Positions 24,136-32,294 of a stretch of DNA of 32,294 bases are shown here, piece after piece (within the stretch, counting starts at the first letter, position 1; each line of letters begins with the position of its first letter). The notes under the pieces are model-generated. The model had not been told where the DNA came from. It did not search any database and saw only the letters and a list, made by a program, of their open reading frames with translations. Position numbers and translations under genes: made by a program. Source of the DNA: Macrostomum lignano (taxonomy: Eukaryota); NCBI GenBank assembly GCA_002269645.1, contig NIVC01003559.1, positions 1-32,294 of the forward strand, written 5' to 3'.

Positions 24136-24449
24136 GACCTCACACACCGCTGCATATATTGTTGAACCTCAAAGTTTGTTCAAGACCTGCCTGCCTGTAA
24201 GTAACCTGTTCCATGAGTCTGAATTCAAATTATCTATGCTTAAGCTCTTTACGTAGAGACTCGCCTCAATTATGAAAGCTGCCTGTTACAAGCCGCTCGG
24301 AATTAGAATTTTTAATACCCTTCGGTTTTTAATTATCAGGGAGACAGGGATCTTTAATTCAAACAATTTCACCGGCAAAGCTGATCTGGAAATTTGTCTA
24401 TCCAGCACGCTCTCGGACCCTTGAAGAAGAGAGGCGGGGAGAGAGGGGG

Positions 24450-24640
24450 CAGGGAGGGCAGAGAACGCTTCTCACAGCGCCTTGGGTCCCCAACGACCGT
24501 CCGGATCTGCTCAGTCCGGAACAAAATTTCAGCAAACAGTTTTTCGAATAACAATTTTGCAACTAAAGAAACTTTCCTAGAAGCAGAAGTCCCGTGCTTG
24601 GGATCGGAGGCCAGATTGAATCAGAGGGAAGATTTCTGGA
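24450..24640 (-). mobile_element. Possible eroded LINE RT fragment
   Basis: PKHGTSASRKVSLVAKLLFEKLFAEIL, like PK.G...YRPISL...K.FEK. Weak. Confidence 0.25.
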
Positions 24641-24910
24641 CTAGGGGGGGGGGGGAGCAAACTTCCATTGAGTTTATTGCTTTCCAAAACTGAGCAGCTG
24701 ATTTGACCCAGCAACAGCCTCTGCTCTCCGACACTCCCCAGTTTGCCTTCAGTTGAGAAGATGAAATCAACACTTCTTGCTGACTCTCAGCTGATGAAAG
24801 TTCTCTGGGACTCTAGTTAATGCTCTGGAACCCTGCGGACACCCTGATGGCGGAATCTAATCAGCAAATAAACTTCTGCAAGAGTTCGAGATAACAAGAA
24901 ATTTCTAGAT

Positions 24911-25118
24911 GTCCCAGAGTTCCAGGTCCCAGAGTTCCAGGTCCCAGAGTTCCAGGTCCCAGAGTTCCAGGTCCCAGAGTTCCAGGTCCCAGAGTTCCAG
25001 GTCCCAGAGTTCCAGGTCCCAGAGTTCCAGGTCCCAGAGTTCCAGGTCCCAGAGTTCCAGGTCCCAGAGTTCCAGGTCCCAGAGTTCCAGGTCCCAGAGT
25101 TCCAGGTCCCAGAGTTCC
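24911..25118. repeat. Perfect 15-bp minisatellite GTCCCAGAGTTCCAG, about 14 copies, at the start of intron 1
   Basis: 13 full units plus 13 bp; begins 9 nt inside the exon 1 donor. Confidence 0.98.
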
Positions 25119-25127
25119 TAGACTCAC

Positions 25128-27657
25128 CGTGGTTGACATGCGCCGGGGCGCAGGGCTTCCGCCGCGCCATCAGGCAGATCGCGGTGATGAGCGCGGCGCA
25201 GATGACCCCGGTGGCCACCACGATGCACACGATGATTAACTTGTTGGTCTCCATATCGGCTGTCCAGGCATCCTTCAGCAGCCCGGTGGCCGGCGAGTCC
25301 TCAATCCGGACGCTGAGCTGGCCGGTGGCGGAGCGGCTCGGCGAGCCGCCGTCCGAGGCCTTCACGGTCAGGCGGACGACCCCCAGCTCGGTGCGGCTCA
25401 TCGCCCGGCGCACGTAGAGCCGCCCAGTGTCCTGGTCGATGCGGAACCAGTTGAACAGGTTGCCCTCCTGCAAGCTGTATTTCAACCGGCCGTTGTCGCC
25501 CGTGTCCCGGTCGGTGGCGCGCACCTGGGCGAACTGAAAGTCGGGCAGCTCGCGGTAGGAGAGCCGCACCACAGCCGGGCGCTCGCTGGCGGGCGGCGGG
25601 TACTCGAACACCGGGTCGCAGTCATTCACGTCGTCCACGTTGACAGTGACCGTCGCTGTCGCCGTCATCTCGGGCTGCCCGCTGTCCACGGCGATCACGC
25701 GGAAAGTGTGCGAGGCCGCCGTCTCCCTGTCGATGGCTCTCGAGGTGAACAGCGTTCCTTTCCCCTGCAGCTGAAACGGCGCGTCAGAGTCGTCCGGATG
25801 CAGGCGGAACTTCAGTTCGGCATTTCTGTGCTCGTCAGCGTCGGTGGCGTTCAGTTCGCCGACGAAAACCCCACCCGATTTTTCGTCCTCCCGGACATGG
25901 AAGGTGTACGTGCTGCTGCCGAACACCGGTGGATTGTCGTTGACGTCTTCAATGCGAACGCTGACCACCGCGGTGGCGTTGAAGCGACCGTCGGTGACGA
26001 CGACGCGGAAAGCAAAACCGGCGGGGTGGCGCTCGCGGTCCAGCGGGATCCGGGCTCGCAGGATGCCCTGCGCGTCGATCTCGAATGGGGACGGCTCGGC
26101 GTAGGCAACCGGCCAGTCGATGCTGTACCGAAGCCGGGCGTTCTCGGGCGCGTCGCGGTCCTCGGCGCCCAGATCGAGCACCTCGGCGCCGGGCGAGTTG
26201 TTCTCAAAAATTCTGGGCGAAAAGCGCTTTGCCCCGTTGGGAAACACAGGCGGGTTGTCGTTCTCATCCTGCAGCTCCACGGTGACCGTCAGGCTGCCGG
26301 TGAGCGACGGCCGGCCATCGTCGGCGCACGAGACTACCGGCTGCAGCACCGGCGCGGCCTCCCGGTCGAGTGGCGACTGCGTGGCGAGCCGGTACAGCAC
26401 CTGGCCCTCCAGCGCCTTCAGCTTGGCAAGCGAGAAGAATTCTTCGGCAGCCGTCAGCCTGCAGCTGAACTCGCCAGCTTGGCCGGCGTCGCGGTCGGAG
26501 ACGAGCAGGCTGGCCACCGTGGCGTTGCGGATGTTCTCCGGCACCGGGACGCGGCTGGTCGGGCTCGGCTGCAGCGTCATCAGCTGGATCTGCGGCCGGT
26601 GATCGTTCACGTCGATCACATTCACCACCACGTTCGCCCTGGCCTCCTTTGGCTCGGCGCCAGAGTCCCGCGCCAGCACGGCGAATTCGAAGCGCTTGCG
26701 AGACTCGAAGTCCAGGCTCGACGGGCTGCGGACCAGCACGCGGCCGGTGTCCGGCTCGATGCTCAGGACGGGGCCGACCAAGACCTGGTGCTCCGGCGCC
26801 AGGCTGTACGTCACTCGGCCGTTGTCGCCGGCGTCCCGGTCGTCGGCCCACAAACGCAGCACCTCGTGGCCGCCTGGCGCGTCCTCCGGCACGGAGGCAT
26901 TGTACTCGGCCTGCCTGAAGTGCGGCGCCTCATCGTTGACGTCCAACACTTCAACTAGGAGCTGAGCGCTGCCACTGAGCCCGCCGCCGTCCTCGGCGAC
27001 CAGAGTAAAGTTGTAGCCGGACACGGACTCGCGGTCCAGCTGCTGTCTGAGCACCAGCCGCGGCACCGGTGGCCCAGCACCAACGCCGCCGCCGGAGACT
27101 TCCAGTTTGAACGTGGTGGAGTCCGGAACCAGGCGGTAGCGGCGTACCGAGTTCTCGCCGGCGTCGAGGTCGACAGCCCCCGGGCTGACAGTCTGCTGGG
27201 CGCCGATTCGGGCGTTTTCGGCGAAGGCGACCCGCAACGGCAGGGCGCCGGCGGGCCAGTCGGGTTTGTTGTCGTTGATGTCGGCAATGCGGATGCGGAC
27301 GGGGATGAAGTCGGCCAGGTTACGGCTGACCATCAGTTCGTGTACGCAGGCGGGCTCGGCGCTGTCCGCCGCGGCGGCGGAGGTGGCCCGATAGTTGCAG
27401 AGGTTGGCGGCGTCGCCGTCCCGGTCGATGCGGCCGCGGACGCTGAGCTGGCCCGAGTCGGGCGCCACGGAGAAGTACTCATCCCTGGTCACAAACTGGC
27501 TGGCCGAGCCGTCGGGGAGCGGTGCCAGCCGACCAACCAGCGTGTTGGGCGGGGATTCCTCCGGGATGCTGAAATCTACAGTGCTTGCCGCCGAGGAGGC
27601 GCTGGTTGCCATGGCAACGAGAAGAAGCAACGAGAAGAGGGTGGACAATCGGTGCAT
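25128..27657 (-). CDS. Protocadherin exon 1: signal peptide, 7 cadherin (EC) repeats, transmembrane helix (delta-1-like architecture)
   Basis: Signal peptide MHRLSTLFSLLLLVAMATS. Seven repeats carry PE/xDRE/DxD/DxNDxxP calcium motifs; linkers are DINDNKP, DVNDEAP, DVNDHRP, DENDNPP, DVNDNPP and DVNDCDP. EC1 has IDRD...LC...C and no Trp2; EC5 has ENNSPG. TM LIIVCIVVATGVICAALITAICLM is followed by RRK. Consensus donor CAC G|GTGAGT at 25128/25127 (phase 1). The whole ectodomain in one exon is typical of protocadherins. Confidence 0.95.
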
Positions 27658-27886
27658 GCTGTGCAGGTTAGGGTATCTGGCTAAGCGTGGCTCCAGTTGG
27701 TTTCAGATTCGAGCTGTCAGGCGGACATTGCTGGCTCGCTGTGTATGTTTAGCCTCAAGAGCGAGTCCAGCAGAGACAGTTCCGGATTGAGGGAGTTGGC
27801 AGCGATCAAGAATGGAGCAGTCAGCGGCTTCAAATTGGTGTGGAGGCCCGGCTGGACTGAAAGAGTGACGGGTCAGCTCGGCTGCT

Positions 27887-27958
27887 ATTGGTCAGCGGCT
27901 GCCAGCCAATGAGCGACTGTCTCTCTAGAGAGGCACAAAGCAGTGGGGAATTTCCCCA
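27887..27958. promoter_or_regulatory. Candidate protocadherin promoter module: paired CCAAT boxes and palindromes
   Basis: ATTGG at 27887-27891 and AGCCAATGAG at 27904-27913; CTCTCTAGAGAG at 27921-27932; TGGGGAATTTCCCCA at 27944-27958. All lie 230-300 bp upstream of the ATG. Confidence 0.4.
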
Positions 27959-28319
27959 TTGCTAAGACAAAATCTGACCGTGTTGATTGCACGCCCAGTA
28001 GCCGCTTGAAACAACAAGCGCTGCGCGGGTCCTTAAGTCATCATCATCATCATCATCCTTATTAGATTAAATATGAGTTTCCTGACCTGTCAGTCTACTG
28101 AAGGCCTACTGTGGCTGATGCACTGTTGTTTAAAAAAGTGCAAAGTGGGTTTCCCTGTTTGGTTAGTGATGCGTGATTGAAGGATAAGGGAAGCGAGAGA
28201 GGGCAGATCGGGGGTCGGCAAACTCCGGCCCGCTAAGCCTCTCTATCTGGCCCTCGGGGTCCTTTTAAACTTCCCACTAGGAATCCGGCCTGCTCAAGGC
28301 TTGTGTACCTCCCCTATTG

Positions 28320-29085
28320 TTTCTTCTCTCCCCTCTCCCCTGTTCTCTCTTCTCTCCTCTGTTCTCTGTTCTCTCCTCTGTTCTCTGTTCTCTCTTTTGT
28401 TCTCTCTTCTCCCCTCTCTCCCCTGTTCTCTCTGCTCTCCTCTCTCCTCTGTTCTTTCTCTCTTCTCTCCCCTGTTCTCTCTTCTCTCCTCTGTTCTCTC
28501 TTCTCTCCTCTGTTCTCTCTTCTCTCCTCTCTGTCCTGTTCTCTCCTCTCTCTCCTGTTCTCTCTGCTCTCCTCTGTTCTCTCTTCTCTCCTCTGTTCTC
28601 TCTTCTCTCCTCTGTTCTCTCTTCTCTCCTCTGTTCTCTCTTCTCTCCTCTGTTCTCTCTTCTCTCCTCTCTGTCCTGTTCTCTCCTCTCTCCCTGTTCT
28701 CTCTTCTCTCCCCTGTTCTCTCTTCTCTCCCCTGTTCTCTCTTCTCTCCTCTCTGTCCTGTTCTCTCCTCTCTCCCTGTTCTCTCTTCTCTCCCCTGTTC
28801 TCTCTTCTCTCCCCTGTTCTCTCTTCTCTCCCCTGTTCTCTCTTCTCTCCCCTGTTCTCTCTTCTCTCCTCTGTTCTCTCTTCTCTCCCCTGTTCTCTCC
28901 TCTCTCTCCCTCTCCCTGTTCTCTCTTCTCTCCCTGTTCTCTCTTCTCTCCCTGTTCTCTCTTCTCTCCCCTGTTCTCTCTTCTCTCCCCTGTTCTCTCC
29001 TCTCTCTCTGTTCTCTCTTCTCTCTCTGTTCTGTTCTGCCTTGTCTCTTATCCCACTGTTCTCTATTCTCTCCCCTATCGCTCCT
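28320..29085. repeat. Pyrimidine-rich degenerate minisatellite, about 17-18 bp unit CCTGTTCTCTCTTCTCTC
   Basis: Direct reading. Confidence 0.95.
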
Positions 29086-29149
29086 ATCCAGCATTAGTCG
29101 GGACGGCTGTTCAGCAGACTGGTTATTTCAGACAGTTTTATCTCCTAAA

Positions 29150-29850
29150 ACAATCTTTTTTGGACTGTGACAAAAATTATGGATGCTAGGAAAATATTCA
29201 AATTTTTCATGATTAAAGATAATCTGCAGGCATTAGAGAAATTTTTATAGCTACAAACTGCCTGCTAAGGAATTAAGATAGCGCGTACACCTGTAGGAGC
29301 TTTTATGATTCAGATTTTAAAAGCAGTTTACAATTTGACCCTAAAAATATTGCTGCGCAATAGACGGTTTTGCATCTCCCGATATGTATCGTAAATCATT
29401 TTATTGTCCTGCTGGAGTGGAGTGGTTTCGGTCGCATTCAACGGGGCTTCAGAGATGAAGTGAGATTGACAATAATTTTTTTTTAATCTGCATATTGTGC
29501 CAAAGCTAACAGGCGGGAAAGTTTTCCATAACAGCACCCTGTTTATCCCAGTTTCCCATTTGGAATTTATCCCTAAAAATGCTCCCCCCGCAGAAATGTT
29601 TCTGTGGAACATCTGCGGTGCAAAGATTTTTTTGGTTGAAAAAAACCCCGGCACGACAGAGTTTGCCCAGCAATTTGTTTCCCAGATTGGGATAATCCGT
29701 CAGCTCTACGCGTTGAAAGCAGCAGCCGCGGTTCGCCGACCAACCCCCCCCCCCCAATTGTCGCGTCACCACCTTGCCCAGCTGCCTTCCACCTGACTGC
29801 GCCACATGCTGCAACGGGTTGTTGCTGGCTAATGGAAGCCTGGAGAGCTC
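29150..29850 (-). mobile_element. Eroded LINE RT/post-RT fragment (L2/Crack-like)
   Basis: ORF 29328-29654: AFLGINSKWETGINRVL...ICRLKK...YREMQNRLLRSNIF, like LGV.IS.DLKW..HI / L..LKR / LER.QKRALRIIF. Upstream frame gives GFFQPKK, like LN..K.K. Confidence 0.5.
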
Positions 29851-30069
29851 CGAGCCACCTTGAGGGTAAATTGATGTCGCAGTTCTTTTGCCGAGGGGAT
29901 GTCGGAACAGACCGGCCTGCGTGTCTCTCGCTTCGGGCAGCTGTCCCAGTTGCACCCTCGGACTCGATCCGTACTGAAGAAGCTCCAGGGAAGTTGAAAA
30001 TGGCTGAGAGAGGTCTGTATGGGTTGATGAAGAGTGCCAAATATTTCAAATCAATGTGAATTGGCTATA

Positions 30070-31240
30070 GGAGAGACGAAAGATGGGAGAGAGGAGAGAG
30101 GAGGGTTGAGAGATGGGAGAGAAGAGAGGAGAGAGAAGAGAGGAGAGAGGAGAGAGGAGAGAGGAGAGAGGAGAGAGAAGAGAGAGAGAGGAGAGAGAGA
30201 GAGGAGAGAGGAGAGATGGGAGAGAAGAGAGAAAAGAGGAGAGAGGAGAGGGGAGAGGGGAGAGGAGAGAGGAGAGAGGAGAGAGGAGAGAGGAGAGAGG
30301 AGAGAGGAGAGAGGAGAGATGAGAGATGAGAGAGAAGAGAGAAAAGAGGAGAGAGGAGAGAGGAGAGGGGAGAGGAGAGAGGAGAGAGGAGAGAGGAGAG
30401 AGGAGAGAGGAGAGAGGAGAGATGAGAGATGGGAGAGAAGAGAGAAAAGAGGAGAGAGGAGAGGGAGAGGGGAGAGGAGAGAGAGAGAGGAGAGAGGAGA
30501 GAGGAGAGAGGAGAGATGAGAGATGAGAGAGAAAGAGGAGAGGGAGAGGGGAGAGGGGAGAGGAGAGAGGAGAGAGGAGAGAGGAGAGAGAAAGAGGAGA
30601 GGGGAGAGGGGAGAGGGGAGAGGAGAGAGGAGAGAGGAGAGAGGAGAGAGGAGAGAGGAGAGAGGAGAGAGGAGAGAGGAGAGAGGAGAGATGAGAGATG
30701 GGAGAGAAGAGAGAAAAGAGGAGAGAGGAGAGGGGAGAGGGGAGAAGAGAGAGGAGAGAGGAGAGAGGAGAGAGGAGAGATGAGAGATGAGAGAGAAAAG
30801 AGGATAGAGGAGAGAGGAGAGAGGAGAGAGGAGAGAGGAGAGATGAGAGATGGGAGAGAAGAGAGAAAAGAGGAGAGAGGAGAGGGGAGAGGGGAGAGGA
30901 GAGAGGAGAGAGGAGAGAGGAGAGAGGAGAGATGAGATATGAGAGAGAAGAGAGAAAAGAGGAGAGAGGAGAGGGGAGAGGAGAGAGGAGAGAGGAGAGA
31001 GAGAGAGGAGAGATGAGAGATGGGAGAGAAGAGAGAAAAGAGGAGAGAGGAGAGGGGAGAGGGGAGAGGAGAGAGGAGAGAGGAGAGAGGAGAGATGAGA
31101 GAGAGAGAGGAGAGATGAGAGATGGGAGAGAAGAGAGAAAAGAGGAGAGAGGAGAGGGGAGAGGGGAGAGGAGAGAGGAGAGAGAGAGAGAGAGAGAGAG
31201 GAGAGATGAGAGATGAGAGAGAAGAGAGGAGAGACGGGAG
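30070..31240. repeat. Purine-rich array of GAGAGGA 7-mers with a higher-order unit of about 90-110 bp
   Basis: The marker GAGATG(G)GAGAGAAGAGAGAAAAG recurs about 10 times amid GAGAGGA runs. Confidence 0.95.
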
Positions 31241-31289
31241 ATGTGTGATGAAGGTGACGGGCCGAAGCGGCTTCACTGCAGAATTTTAC

Positions 31290-31900
31290 CCCCTGGGATG
31301 ATCAAGTCAAAGTGCCTGAGGGGTGAACAATCCCAGGTGTTAGCTAGCTGACAGCATCAAGATTCCTTCAGCTCGTAAATCCCTTTAAGCAGCAAGCTGT
31401 GAGGGTGGCAATTGAGGTCGTAAATCCCAGGACTATCATGTTATATTTTTTGTGGCCCGGCTACAGTATTTCCTAGGAAGGGATTTTCAAACTCGTGCGA
31501 GAATCCCAGTGCAGATAGGCGAACTTGAAAAGGTCAGCGTGAGAATCTCTCAACCAGCGTGGGATCGGCGAAGCCAGCCAAATCCAGCCGCAGTTTCAGA
31601 CAAAGTTCGTGCCAGGCTTTAATTCCGGTGTGTCTGGGCCGGTCTTTATGACCAGTTCGGTTTCCTGAAATCTGCCGCTATAGGGAGACCGTATTGTTCT
31701 TTTTCTATAAACAATCAACCGCAGAGGGCGCATAGAAGAAAAACCTGGTGGTCCACCACCGCCACCAGGCAGGCCCAATTGCCGGTCTAGTGGGCCTACT
31801 TTCCTCGGCATCAAGAAATGTACTTTTATTCTTCCGAAAGCTGATTTCCCGAAAAGATTGGCGCCCGTTCTGCTTAAAGCTTGCAGGTGGTGTGTAGGAA
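31290..31900 (-). mobile_element. Possible eroded LINE RT fragment
   Basis: PPASFKQ...QSFREISF...FFYAPSAVD...LRLDLAGF...QGVKFCSE, like VP..FK / DFRPISL / QFAY...D / LF.DFS / VKFADD. Confidence 0.33.
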
Positions 31901-31990
31901 TACAAGATAAAGGTGGTGAAAATGTTGTTTTAGTGTTAACTATTGAGTTGGAAAAGAATGCGGAACATGATGGACTGGCAGCTTTTGCTG

Positions 31991-32294
<304 letters not shown>

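Noticed and set aside
25133-27790. Long plus-strand and alternative-frame ORFs (e.g. 25708-26958, 416 aa)
   Set aside because: Antisense shadows of the GC3-rich protocadherin exon.
28294-31276. E/R/G-rich and L/S/P-rich ORFs
   Set aside because: Translations of purine/pyrimidine satellite arrays.

Overview
Repeat-rich eukaryotic (invertebrate animal) genomic DNA. GC-rich exons, GT-AG introns, very long (GACA)n/(CTCCT)n arrays and a 7-EC protocadherin would fit a flatworm such as Macrostomum, but that is inference. The main gene is a minus-strand protocadherin with 7 cadherin repeats. I reconstruct it as three phase-compatible exons (27657-25128, 17930-17695, 11615-11205; 1058 aa). The ORF track instead reads exon 1 through its splice donor into a 15-bp minisatellite. 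Also present are an intronless Gln/Pro/Ala-rich orphan ORF (+, ATG 6737-7900) and a coding-like frame open from the window edge (+, 1-342) that the track missed. Much of the remaining unique-looking DNA appears to be eroded reverse-transcriptase fragments of CR1-group LINEs (Rex1/Babar-like and L2/Crack-like), interleaved with micro- and minisatellites. These relic calls are by-eye matches to family consensus motifs recalled from memory and need an HMM search. I found no prokaryotic features, no CRISPR array and no clearly new biological system. The best leads are a possible minisatellite-encoded alternative protocadherin tail, G-run minisatellites next to splice donors, the LINE-relic/satellite mosaic and several compact regulatory motif clusters.
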